Positions 1 through 9,900 of a stretch of DNA of 64,000 nucleotides are shown piece after piece. The DNA comes from Candidatus Glassbacteria bacterium (GTDB taxonomy: Bacteria; Gemmatimonadota; Glassbacteria; GWA2-58-10). The translations under genes and the position numbers were made by a program. The notes under the pieces were generated by a model. That model was not told the DNA's origin. It did no database searches and worked only from the letters and a program-made list of their open reading frames with translations. The stretch covers positions 449,225 through 513,224 of the forward strand of contig CAVVYO010000004.1 in NCBI GenBank assembly GCA_963752515.1. Direction: 5' to 3'. The first letter of the stretch is position 1, and the number at the start of each line of letters is the position of its first letter.

Positions 1-597
1 GATGGTGAAGGGCTGGCCGGAGGTGAGGATGTTGGCCCGCACCCCGGAGTCGGCATCGAGGTTATCCTTGAATCCCACGCGCTCGGTGAACTTGGCCGGA
101 GTGGTCAGGCCCAGCGGGACGACGATGTCCTTGATCGGCGAGCCGGAGGGGATGATCCCCTGGGTGTTGGCCAGCCGGCCCTGGACGATGTAGCCGGTGC
201 CGTTCTGCACCAGCCGCCCCTCGCCATCGAACTGGAAGGCCCCGGCGCGGGTGTAGAGCTTGCGCTGGCCCTCGCGCAGGACAAAGAAGCCCTCGCCCTG
301 GATCGCCACGTCGGTGGTGACCCCGGTGGCCTCGGGATTGCCCTGGGTGAAGATGTTGTCGATGCTGGCCACCCCCACCCCGAGCCCGTAGGCGATCGGG
401 TTGATCCCGCCGGTGGCGCCCTCGCGCGGGCGGCGGGCATCGGCGATGGTCTGGACCAGGTTCTCGCTGAAGCTCACGCGGCCGGCCTTGAAGCCGACGG
501 TGTTGACGTTGGCGATGTTGTTGCCGATCACGTTGAGCCGGACGCTGTTGGCCTGCAGGCCGGAAACACCGGTGTACAGACTACTCTGTAATCCCAT
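1..597 (-). CDS. flgE: Flagellar hook protein FlgE, N-terminal part (gene runs off the left edge)
   Basis: Reverse-strand translation from ATG at 597 reads MGLQSSLYTGVSGLQANSVRLNVIGNNIANVNTVGFKAG..., the canonical rod/hook N-terminal motif. It lies directly downstream of flgD. It is absent from the ORF track because it has no stop inside the window. Confidence 0.85.
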   Translation of the reverse strand, partial: MGLQSSLYTGVSGLQANSVRLNVIGNNIANVNTVGFKAGRVSFSENLVQTIADARRPREGATGGINPIAYGLGVGVASIDNIFTQGNPEATGVTTDVAIQGEGFFVLREGQRKLYTRAGAFQFDGEGRLVQNGTGYIVQGRLANTQGIIPSGSPIKDIVVPLGLTTPAKFTERVGFKDNLDADSGVRANILTSGQPFTI

Positions 598-699
598 GGT
601 GCGACCTCCTTGTCCTTCCCTGACGCCGCCGCTTCGTGCCGCGGCCGTTGATATAATGAAGTGCTTCTCTTTACTTGCGGGCTATCGCCTCCGGCCGCC

Positions 700-1392
700 T
701 CAGGCGCCGGGCTCGATCACGTCCAGGACATTCTCCAGGGGCACCTCGCGCTCACCCATCAACAGGCGCGCCGTGCCGTCCAGGTAGCGGATTCCGGTGA
801 TCCGACCGGCCATGAAGCCGACCGTGTCCACCGCCTCGCCCTCGTAGTCCAGCGCCTCCACCTGGTAGCGGTACTGGCCGGCGGGCAACCGCTCGCCCTG
901 GCTGTCCGTGCCATCCCAGACCAGGTCCACTCCGCCCATCGGACGGCCGCCCAGTTCCAGGGTGCGCACCAGGGAGCCGGCCTCGTTGAAGATCCCCACG
1001 CTGGTGTCGACCGAGTTGGCATCGATGTGGAAGCGGATCATCGCCCCATCCTCCTGGCCAAGTTCGAGCCGATCGCCGATCGCGTAGACATCCTTGCCCA
1101 GGTAGGAGGTGGCCAGGCTGTTGGCGATGTTGTCGGCCAACTGGGTGTTGGCGTCCAGGCTCTCCTCCAGCGTGCTGTTCATCTCGGTGAGCTGCTCGAG
1201 CTGGGAGAACTGGGCGAGCTGGGCGGCGAATTCCTGATTGGTGGCCGGGTTCATCGGGTCCTGGTTCTGGAGCTGGGTCACCAGCAGCTTGAGGAAGTCA
1301 TCCTTGGCCATCGAGTTGCGGTCCTGGATCGTGCCGACTCCGGAGCTCTGGGAGGTCCAGGCGGGAGAGGTATTGGAGTTGTCGACTTGCAT
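700..1392 (-). CDS. flgD: Flagellar hook assembly/capping protein FlgD
   Basis: 230-aa ORF containing KDDFLKLLVTQLQNQDPMNP, the signature FlgD N-terminal motif. AGGAG precedes the ATG. It lies between fliK and flgE. Confidence 0.9.
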   Translation of the reverse strand: MQVDNSNTSPAWTSQSSGVGTIQDRNSMAKDDFLKLLVTQLQNQDPMNPATNQEFAAQLAQFSQLEQLTEMNSTLEESLDANTQLADNIANSLATSYLGKDVYAIGDRLELGQEDGAMIRFHIDANSVDTSVGIFNEAGSLVRTLELGGRPMGGVDLVWDGTDSQGERLPAGQYRYQVEALDYEGEAVDTVGFMAGRITGIRYLDGTARLLMGEREVPLENVLDVIEPGA

Positions 1393-1416
1393 GATCGGTT
1401 GCTCCTGGGAAAGTTT

Positions 1417-3429
1417 TCAGGCCACCCATTCCAAGCTGCTGTAACCGTGGAGAGGGTTCCGGGACCGTTCGGCCGCGGGGGAATCTTCCGTGGAGGCGGA
1501 ACCGGCCGCCCCCTCCTGGCCGCCATCCGGCGCACCGCCCGGCTCGCGGTCGCGGGAGCGGTAGCCCCCGTCCCGGCCGCCGGGCTGCGCCTGCTGCTGC
1601 CCGTGCTGGTCGCCATGCTGGTCCTGGCGGACATCCACGCTGAACTTCTCCACCCGCAGCCCCTGTTCGGCCAGGGATTCGCGCAGGCGGTGCAGGCTGT
1701 TCTCGATCAAAGTCCGGGCTTCCTGGGTCTCGACCTGGATCCGGGCCGACAGGCCCTGATGGTCATCGACCGTCAGGCGCACGCGCATCAGGCCGAGGTG
1801 GTCGGGTTCGAGCCTGAGGCTGATCTCGCTGGTGCCGCCCTGCTGGGTGAGCCGCGCCGCCGAGCCGAGCTTCTGCAACACCTCGGCCTCGTTGGCGAGC
1901 CAGGGTCCGCGCGGAAGAAGGTTCGGCTGGGCCGGGATCGACCGGGCCGGGCTCTCCGCCCGGGTTCCGGCGGTGATCCCTTCCGCCCGGCGCGCCGTGT
2001 TGTCGGCGCCGCGTCCGGGTTCGCTGTCCTGGGCTTCCAGCCCGGCCGCCGCAACCAGACGGGCCAGCTCCTCGGCCGGTCCGCCGGAAGAGGAAACCGG
2101 GGCTTCCTGGTTCCGGAAGAGCTGGGCCGGACGGGAGGCATTCTCCCGCGCCGGGGCCTCCCGTTCCGACTGCCGCACATACTCCACCGCGGCCCGTTGC
2201 TGGCGGGAGAGCAGCTCGCCCGGGCGGCGTCCGCCCGCGGCGACCGGCCCCAGTTGCACGGGCAGGGTGATTTTCCTGGTCTCACCGCCCTCGCGCGCGG
2301 CGGTCTCCCGCTCGCGGGCATCCTGGCGGCGCAGAACCTCGCTCACCGGCTCATCGGCCGTCTCGGCCCCATCGAGGACCGCGGCCCGGGATTCGCTCCG
2401 GTCATGGTTCGCGGCTCCAGCCTGGGAAGTCTCTTCCGCGGCGGGAGCGGCCGGAACGACAGCGACCGCGGGTTGGGACTGAGCCGAACCCAACGGGACG
2501 GGCGTTTCGGGCTGGCCGGAAGCGGCGGCCGGGATGGTGGCGGAAGGAATCGTGCCGGCCACGGGCATGGTCCGCTCCGGGACGGGCGCGGCCATCGCAG
2601 GCGCGCCGCTGTCCGGAGCCGCGAGGACCGCGGCCAGCCGCTCCAGCGCGGGCAGGCGCTGCGCCTGATCCCCGGCAGGAGACGGCGCGGAGTCCATCGC
2701 GACCGCGTGATCCTGATCGTTACTCACCGGGGCGACCGCGGCTTCCAGCAGCCCCCGCACCGCGCGCGCGGCCTGCGCCAGCCCGGAGGCCAGGGCGACC
2801 GGCTGTTCCTGCGCCGGGATGCCGTCCGCTGCCGCCGGCTCGACCATCGAGGCGGGCGAACCCTGCTCATGCGCTCCCGCCAGTTGGCGGAGCAGCAGGG
2901 CCAACCGCGCCAGCGGGTCAGGCGTGGCGGAGGCTTCGGGAGAAAGAGTCGGCGCCTGGGCGGTCCCGGCGGTCCGGGACTGGGCCGTGGCCGAGAGCGG
3001 ATCGAGGGTCGGGGCAGCATGATTTTCGACAGTGGGGAGGATCGCCTCCGGCGCGGTGGCCGGGGCCGGGACAGAAGCCTCGGCGGCGGCGGGGGCCGAC
3101 AGCAGGGCTTCCAGCTCCCCGGCGAGCGGTCCCGCCTGGGAAGCCCCGGCGGGGGAATCCAGCCGGGAGAGCCGCTCCAGCAGGCCTATCAGGTGGCCGG
3201 CCTGGACCGGGTCCAGCTCGGTGGCGGCCTGCTCCAGCCGGGGAGCGAAAGCCTGGGTCAGCAGGGACAGCAGCGCGACAGCGGCATCTTCCGGAAGGGA
3301 TTCGGCCGGCGGGTCGACCGCGGCCGGGGCCTCGGACTGTCCGGACTGAACAGCGGATGGCTCGGTCCCGCCATTGATTGGTTGGCCGGAGTCATCCGGG
3401 AGCTCTATCGGCCCATTCAGTTCCGCCAA
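1417..3429 (-). CDS. fliK: Flagellar hook-length control protein FliK
   Basis: 670-aa Ala/Pro/Glu-rich protein. Its C-terminus (LRLEPDHLGLMRVRLTVDDHQGLSARIQVETQEARTLIENSLHRLRESLAEQGLRVEKFSV) matches the Flg_hook/FliK C-terminal domain. Position upstream of flgD-flgE fits. Confidence 0.8.
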   Translation of the reverse strand: MAELNGPIELPDDSGQPINGGTEPSAVQSGQSEAPAAVDPPAESLPEDAAVALLSLLTQAFAPRLEQAATELDPVQAGHLIGLLERLSRLDSPAGASQAGPLAGELEALLSAPAAAEASVPAPATAPEAILPTVENHAAPTLDPLSATAQSRTAGTAQAPTLSPEASATPDPLARLALLLRQLAGAHEQGSPASMVEPAAADGIPAQEQPVALASGLAQAARAVRGLLEAAVAPVSNDQDHAVAMDSAPSPAGDQAQRLPALERLAAVLAAPDSGAPAMAAPVPERTMPVAGTIPSATIPAAASGQPETPVPLGSAQSQPAVAVVPAAPAAEETSQAGAANHDRSESRAAVLDGAETADEPVSEVLRRQDARERETAAREGGETRKITLPVQLGPVAAGGRRPGELLSRQQRAAVEYVRQSEREAPARENASRPAQLFRNQEAPVSSSGGPAEELARLVAAAGLEAQDSEPGRGADNTARRAEGITAGTRAESPARSIPAQPNLLPRGPWLANEAEVLQKLGSAARLTQQGGTSEISLRLEPDHLGLMRVRLTVDDHQGLSARIQVETQEARTLIENSLHRLRESLAEQGLRVEKFSVDVRQDQHGDQHGQQQAQPGGRDGGYRSRDREPGGAPDGGQEGAAGSASTEDSPAAERSRNPLHGYSSLEWVA

Positions 3430-4183
3430 ATTTGCCCAGATCGTGCAGCGCCGCCAGCAGGCGCGCCGCCCTTTGCAGCGACTCCCAGGCCGGGGGCTCG
3501 GCGGGCTGCGCGGCTTCCGGCGCGGACACCGCCGTCGGCAGCTCCAGGGTCAGCAGCAGCTCCGCCCCCTCGGCGGAGGACCGGCCCTGGCTGGAACCCG
3601 TATCCGTGGGCTCCGCCGGCAGGCTCAGCATCGCCCGCTGCAAGGAAAAACCCCGCGCATGGTCGCCCAGCAGGGCGAACACGGGCAGGGTCGAGTTTCC
3701 ATCACTGTCGCCGCCGGCCTGGCCGGAACCGAGCAGCGCCGCGAGCTGCTGGCGGTCGACCAGCAGCACCAATTGCCCGAGCCCGGCCGGCAGCTCCGCG
3801 GCCGCCTCCCCATTTTCCGGGGTCGTGGCGGCGGCGGACAGCTCCACGCTGAGGGGAACCAGCTCCCGCCCGGTCAGGGCCGAGAGCAGCCCGGCCAGCG
3901 CCGAGATCAGGTTGTCCGGCAGCTCGGCCTGGCCCGATGATGCCGCGGCTCCGGCCAGGGGCGCCGCCTGGAGCATCAGGCCGGAAAGGCTGGTAGCCTG
4001 GAAGGGCGCGCCCGCGCCGGAAGCCTGGCCATCGCCGGGGGAAAGAAAATCTCCCAGCAGGCGGCTGAAATCCCCGGCGGATGGAGCGGACCCGGCCAGC
4101 CCGGCGGTCGGCCCGAGGCCGGGCGCAGCCGGGAGATTGAGCTGGAACAGCGGCAGGCTGTCGATCATTGGGCTTTCTTCCAT
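3392..4183 (-). CDS. Hypothetical Ala/Gly/Leu/Pro-rich protein, first gene of the hook operon (start 4183 or 4168)
   Basis: Long ORF in the operon frame, overlapping the fliK start by 38 nt. Internal ATGs at 4183 and 4168 follow the sigma54 promoter. I recognise no family; the position is analogous to ylxF-type genes upstream of fliK. Confidence 0.5.
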   Translation of the reverse strand: MEESPMIDSLPLFQLNLPAAPGLGPTAGLAGSAPSAGDFSRLLGDFLSPGDGQASGAGAPFQATSLSGLMLQAAPLAGAAASSGQAELPDNLISALAGLLSALTGRELVPLSVELSAAATTPENGEAAAELPAGLGQLVLLVDRQQLAALLGSGQAGGDSDGNSTLPVFALLGDHARGFSLQRAMLSLPAEPTDTGSSQGRSSAEGAELLLTLELPTAVSAPEAAQPAEPPAWESLQRAARLLAALHDLGKFGGTEWADRAPG

Positions 4184-4226
4184 GAAAGGTTCCACATCCG
4201 TGTAGAAGATTCCACGCCTCGCAGTG

Positions 4227-4242
4227 GGCAAACCACGTGCCA
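4227..4242 (-). promoter_or_regulatory. Sigma54 (RpoN) -24/-12 promoter for the hook operon
   Basis: The minus strand reads TGGCACGTGGTTTGCC, which fits TGGCAC-N5-TTGCW with GG/GC spacing correct. It sits ~45-60 nt upstream of the candidate starts at 4183/4168. Confidence 0.55.
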
Positions 4243-4542
4243 GCTTCCCGGGCCTCGCCTCCCCCAGCGCCGGGGATGCAATCAAACTCCTGACTGGTAA
4301 CGCCTTGACCGAAACATCCGACTTTCCGCCGGTGGAACTTTTTACGCGGTGCGCTTTATCAATCAAAGCGGCGAGATGCGACAATCTTGCCGACAAGAGA
4401 GTATTTTTTTCCAGACGCGGCCGCTCAAGCCCCATTTCCGGCCGGCGGATCGAGCTGTCCCGCCATGGCTTCCTTGACGGTTATTCTTTGGCCGAGTTAG
4501 ATTTGTCTGGCAGCCCGGGAATCTGACAGATCTGATGCAAAC

Positions 4543-6537
4543 TTGCGGCGTAGCCCGCCGGGACTGGAACCGCCGGACCCCATGAAACCGAATCCTCTGG
4601 AACGCCTGCTCCCGGCCGGGGTCGTGCCGCCCCCACCCGCTCCGCCACCCGTTGCGCGCCATGATGTGCGACTCGCCGCGCGACTCGCTACGCAACTCGC
4701 TACGCTCCTGCTGGCGCTGTGCTGGCTGGCCACCCCCGCCCTGGGACAGTGGCAAGTCGACCGGATCGAGATCGAGGGCAACGCGAGCCTCGAAGACCGG
4801 GAAATCCTCTCCCGGATCACCCTGCAGAAAGGCAAGCCATACGCCGAGTGGGCGCTGGAGGAGGACCAGGCGATCATCCTGACGCTCTACCAGCGGCTCG
4901 GCTTCCTGGAGGCGCAGGTCGAGGACTTCCGGAAGGCGATCGACCTCCAGCGCCAGGTGGTGGAGATCACGATCCGGGTGAACGAGGGGCCGCGCACCAC
5001 CCTCAAGAGCCTGACCATCACCGGCAACACCGTCTTCGCCACCGATCACCTGCTGGACACGGAGCGGATCCTGCTGCGGCCGGGCGAGCCGCTCAACGGG
5101 ACCGCGCTGGCGGCGCTCCGGCGAAGAATCCTGGGGATGTACAACCGCAGCGGCTACCTCTACGCCCGGGTGCGGGACCGCCACTACTTCCCCAACGGGG
5201 ACCACGCGGCCGAGGTCTACCTCGACATCGAGGAGGGCCGCCAGGCGCGGGTGGGCCGCATCGAGATCAAGGGCAACGAGCACATCCAGAGCTACGTGAT
5301 CCGTCGCGCGCTGGAGCTCCGGAGCGGCGAGGTCTACACCGATGAGAAGATGCGCCGCAGCCGGAGCAACCTCTTCCGGCTGGGGATCATCCGCAATGTC
5401 AACCACGAGCTGCGCGGGCTGGAAGAGCAGCGGGACACGATCGATGTCACCATCGAGATCGCCGAGAACGATTTCCGCTCCACCGGCCTGGGCGGCGGCC
5501 TGGGCGATGTGGATGGCCTGCGGGGCTACTTCGAGTGGGGACACTACAATCTGTTCGAACGGGCGCTGAACCTGACCCAGCTCACCCAGGCCACCCTCCA
5601 GCCGTTCGAGAAGAACCCGGCCTACGAGTACTCGTTCTCCAGCTCGCTGACCCTGCGCCAGCACTACTTCATGGACACCCGGCTGGAGGCCAGCACCACC
5701 GCGCTGTTCGGCCGGATCTCCTACGCCCACCACCAGGAGGACAAGCTCGGGATCAACGTCCTGGTGCGGAACATGATCACCGAGCGCCGCGAGCTGAGCC
5801 TGCTGCTGGAGCTCAACACCTGGAACATTTTCGATGTCGACACCGCCGAGGCCGACCAGAGCGTGCTCGACAACACCGGCCGCAACCTGACCAACCTGGT
5901 CAACCCGACCATCATGATCGACCGGCGGGACGACCGCTTCAATCCCGAGGGCGGCTACCTGTACCTGGTGCGGGGCTCGCTGGCCGGCGGACCATTGCTG
6001 GGCTCGATCAACTTCTATCGTTTCAGCGTGGAGAGCAGCTATCTCCAGCCGCTGTGGCGGCGGCGCGACCGGCAGCCCCTGCTGCTGGCCGGCCGGGTCA
6101 AGCTCGGGGTGGTCCGGGAGTTCGGCGGGACACTGTCGGTGCCGCCGGCCGAGGCTTTCAACCTGGGCGGGGCCCGAAGCCTGCGGGGCTACAGCGAGCT
6201 GTCCCTCGGGCCGATCAACGACCGCGACATGCCGGGCAACGTGATGGTGCTGGGCAACCTCGAGCTGCGCTACCCGATCTGGAACAGCCTGGGAGGCGTG
6301 CTGTTCCTCGATGCCGGCAACCTGTTCGAGGAGCTGCATCTCGATCAGCGCTTTCGCCTGCTGACCACCGGCGGAGCGGGCCTGCGCTACCGCACCCCGG
6401 TCGGCCCGATCCGCTTCGATGTCGCCTTCCAGCTCAATGAGCTGGCGCCCCGGCTGCTGGAAGCGGGCGGGGACAACCTGCGGGCGGAACGCAACAGCTG
6501 GGGCGGGATCCATTTCGGCATCGGCCAGGTGTTCTAA
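4543..6537 (+). CDS. tamA: Omp85-family outer-membrane protein with POTRA repeats (TamA-like)
   Basis: 664 aa. POTRA-like segments (VDRIEIEGNASL..., LKSLTITGNTVF..., VGRIEIKGNEHI...) are followed by a beta-barrel ending ...IHFGIGQVF. A TamB-like gene follows immediately. The exact start is uncertain (4543 or 4582). Confidence 0.8.
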   Translation: MRRSPPGLEPPDPMKPNPLERLLPAGVVPPPPAPPPVARHDVRLAARLATQLATLLLALCWLATPALGQWQVDRIEIEGNASLEDREILSRITLQKGKPYAEWALEEDQAIILTLYQRLGFLEAQVEDFRKAIDLQRQVVEITIRVNEGPRTTLKSLTITGNTVFATDHLLDTERILLRPGEPLNGTALAALRRRILGMYNRSGYLYARVRDRHYFPNGDHAAEVYLDIEEGRQARVGRIEIKGNEHIQSYVIRRALELRSGEVYTDEKMRRSRSNLFRLGIIRNVNHELRGLEEQRDTIDVTIEIAENDFRSTGLGGGLGDVDGLRGYFEWGHYNLFERALNLTQLTQATLQPFEKNPAYEYSFSSSLTLRQHYFMDTRLEASTTALFGRISYAHHQEDKLGINVLVRNMITERRELSLLLELNTWNIFDVDTAEADQSVLDNTGRNLTNLVNPTIMIDRRDDRFNPEGGYLYLVRGSLAGGPLLGSINFYRFSVESSYLQPLWRRRDRQPLLLAGRVKLGVVREFGGTLSVPPAEAFNLGGARSLRGYSELSLGPINDRDMPGNVMVLGNLELRYPIWNSLGGVLFLDAGNLFEELHLDQRFRLLTTGGAGLRYRTPVGPIRFDVAFQLNELAPRLLEAGGDNLRAERNSWGGIHFGIGQVF

Positions 6538-6700
6538 GCCGGATTATTCGTAGCAGCAGCAGCTGGATGGGCGCACCTGCGGGCGCCAAGTGGGGCCGCG
6601 CTCCTGCAATGCCGCTGATTTCGGCAGGGGAGGGTTTGAAACCATCTGTTGCGACAAAATCAGCCGGGAGCGGTGTACCGGTACGAGGGTTTTCTTAAGT

Positions 6701-6874
6701 CGTAGGGGCCGGCCCCCGTGCCGGCCCGGAAAAACACAACCCCCTGTTTCCCCCTTTGTTAAGCAGGGGGATCAACAGCCTGCCGCCCAAAGCGGTTGCG
6801 CCCTGGCCGGGGCGAAGCGGGAACAGTCCCCCCTCGAGGGGGGTGGCCCCGCGGTCAGCGGGGCCGGGGGGTGT
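6701..6874. repeat. Composite GC-rich palindromic intergenic repeats (modules D-B-C)
   Basis: Module D is GTAGGGGCCGGCCCCCGTGCCGGCCCG. Module B is CACAACCCCCTGTTTCCCCCTTTGTTAAGCAGGGGGA. Module C is GGGGCGAAGCGGGAACAGTCCCCCCTCGAGGGGGGTGGCCCC...GGGGCCGGGGGGTGT. Each module recurs elsewhere in the window. Confidence 0.8.
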
Positions 6875-6950
6875 GATGCCGAGAACCCTCTTCAGGCGGA
6901 TCATGAAGTAAGATCTGCTTGACATAACAATAGCAAGGAAAGGGCATTCC

Positions 6951-9900
6951 GTGGAAGAGCGGCAGGACAGCGACCGGGAAACCGGGCAGCTTCCGACAGC
7001 GGAACCCCCGCGGCCGGAACGACCGGGAAGGCTGGCCGTTTTCGCGCGGCGGTGGCGCTGCCACCCGGCGCTGGCGGCCCTGCGCCTGCTCGCTCTGCTG
7101 CTGGTCCTGCTGGCGGTGGTGGGCGCGGCGGCCCTGTTCCTGGCCTTCCAGCGCTATCGCCCCGAGCTGGAGAGCTGGCTCGGCCGGGTGGTCGATGACC
7201 AGAGCCGCCGCCTGTTCGCGGTCGAGGCCACTTTCTCCCGGATGGAAATCTCCGCCCTGGGCAACTTCACGTTCCACGATTTCCGCCTCGCCGACCCCCA
7301 CGACTCCACCGGCTGGTTCCTGACCAGCGACCGGATCGAGGTCCGCTTCGACCCGCTCTACCTGCTCTGGCGCGGGATCACCCTCACCGAGCTGGAAATT
7401 TACGGCGGAGACATCTACATCCACCGCGACCGGCTGGCCCACAGCACCAACATCAACCGCCTGTTCCGGTCCCGCCGGGGGGGCGGAGGCGGCGGCGGGA
7501 TGGGCTCGCGGGTGCGCCTGCGCAAGTTCGTGCTCGATGACTGCCGGGTGCGGCTGGTGAACATCGATGACCAGGAGATCGACAACCGGGTCCATCGCCT
7601 GGAGGGCTCGTTCACCCGCATCGCCGGTGAGCTGGCGATCGAGGTCGGCGAGTCCTCGGTCAATACCAATTATTGGAAGCTCGGCGAGGTGGCGGTCTCC
7701 GGGATTTTCGTGATCCGCAGGGACTGGCTGGGCTTCCGCGGCACCCGGGCGGTCAAGGGCGCCACCGACCTGACCGGCAATGGCTTTGTCGACTTCGACA
7801 AGGAAAGCTACGAGTATGCCCTGAAGCCCGGCACTGTCGACCTGGAGCACCTGCCGGAGTCGATCCGTTTCGACAACAGCCTGCACGGGGTGGCGCGAGT
7901 CTCCGGCAGCTTCGGCGGCAGCTTCGACTCCTCCCGGGTGGACCTGGCGCTGGCGGCGCCCCAGGGAGAGTTCTTCGGCTACCCGGTCCGGGACTTTTCC
8001 AGCCGGCTGGTCTACGATTCCGGCCGCCTGGCGTTCGAGGGCATGGACCTCGGAATCCTGGATGGGCGGGCCCGGGCCGAGCTGGAGTTCCGTTTCGGCC
8101 GGGCCGGCGCGGGCTACACGGTCCGGCTCGAGGCCGACCGGGTCCGTCCCGGGCAATTGCAGTTTCCTCGCCTGCGGGGGATCGAGGGCGTGCTGAGCGG
8201 CAGCTTGCAACTGGAGGGCTCCGGCTATGATGCCGCCGGGCTGACCCTCTCCGGCCGCGCCCGCGGCTTGCGGGGACAGTTGTTCGGAGTGCCGATCGAC
8301 TCGGCCGGGGCCGCGTTCTCCTACCGCCGCTCCCAGGTGACAATCGACGATCTGGCGGTTTACTCCCGCGGGGCGCTGGCCACCGCCCTCGGGGATGTGC
8401 GCCGCGGCGAGCTGTTCCTGTTCGTGCTGGTCGAGGACCTGCCGCTCTCCCGGGTCCGCCGCTTCCTGCCCGCGGAGACCGCCGGGTTGAATGCCCGGGC
8501 GGAGTTCTCCGGCAGCCTGACCGGCAGCCTGGAAGACCCGGCTGTCAAAGGGACTTTCGGCCTGGATTCCCTCTCCTGGCGGGAGTTCCGCGCCGCCCGC
8601 GCGGTCGGCGATGCCGATCTGGAGCACCTGTTTACGGGCGCCCCGCGCGGCCAGGTGGAGCTGTCGCTGGAGAGGGTGGGCTACCGGGAGCTGGCGCTGG
8701 AATCGGTCCAGGCCCAGGCCGAGGTGCTGGAGGATGGGCGGATCAGCTTCCATCCGCTGGTGGCGGTGCTGGACTCGGCCAGCCGGCTGCAGGCGGAGGG
8801 AATCCTCAGCCTGGGGCCCGGCTCCGGGAAGGCCCGGGTGTTGCTGGATTCCCTGCAGGCCAGCTACCGCGGGGTGGAATTCCGTTCCGGCGGGAGCACG
8901 CTGGTGGAGATCACCCCGGACTCGGTGCGCGTGCCCTCGCTGCGGGCCTCGGCCCTGGAGGGTGAGCTGCAGGGCACGCTGGGGTTTTACGGCGAGGGGG
9001 GGCTGCATGCCGACCTGAGCTTCGATGAAATCAACCTGTCGCACCTGGCGCGGCTGGCCGGCACCCCGGCCCGGATCGAGGGGATGCTGGGCGGCCACCT
9101 GCGGGCCGGGGGCACCCGCGCCGCCCCGCGGGTGGAGCTCGAGATCGGGGTGCGCGATCCTTTCCTGGCCGTGCTCTCCGGCCGACGCCTGGAGGCGGAG
9201 GCGGTGCTGGCCGACAATGAGCTGCGCATCTCGCGCCTGGAGCTTTCCGACTCGACCGCCGCGCTGACCGCCTCGGGAGTGATCCCGGTCGACTTCCCGG
9301 CCGGAGAGGCCGGCGTTTTCCCGCTGGAGGAGAAGCGGCAGATTTCGCTCACCGCCCGCCTGCAGGATTATCCGATCTCCCGGGTGGTGACCGAGACCCT
9401 CCCCCTGTCGGCGGGAGTACTGGCCGGCGATCTGAGGATCGGCGGCACCCTGGCCGACCCGGACCTCGAGGGCGAGCTGACCCTGCGCGAGGGCCGCGGG
9501 CTGATCGCCCCGATCAACATGCGCCTGGACCGGATGAACGGCCGGATCGTCTTCGAGCCCGATGCGATCCGCATCGAGGAGTTCAGCTCCTCCAGCCCGG
9601 AAGGCCGGCTGATGATCTCCGGCCGGATTCCGCTCAAGGGGCTGCGCCCGGACAGCCTGGACCTGAAAGTTTTCGGCCGGGAGATGGTCTTCCAGCAGTT
9701 CCGCTATGTCACCACCCTGCGGATGAACGCCGACCTGACCGCCACCGGCCCGATCGGCGACCCCTTGCTGGCGGGCCAGGTCCAGGTGATCGGCGGCGAG
9801 GTCAACCCGCTGATCGGCCAGGGGATGCAGATGAGCGAGGAGCAGCGCGCGGAGCTGGCCCGCGAGGCCGAGCCGATCCGCCTGCCGGCCAGCCCGATCG

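Noticed and set aside
661-3852. 1063-aa plus-strand ORF spanning the flgD/fliK region
   Set aside because: It is antisense to clearly recognisable flgD and fliK. Its composition is Arg/Gly/Pro/Ala-dominated low complexity, typical of stop-free shadow frames in GC-rich DNA.
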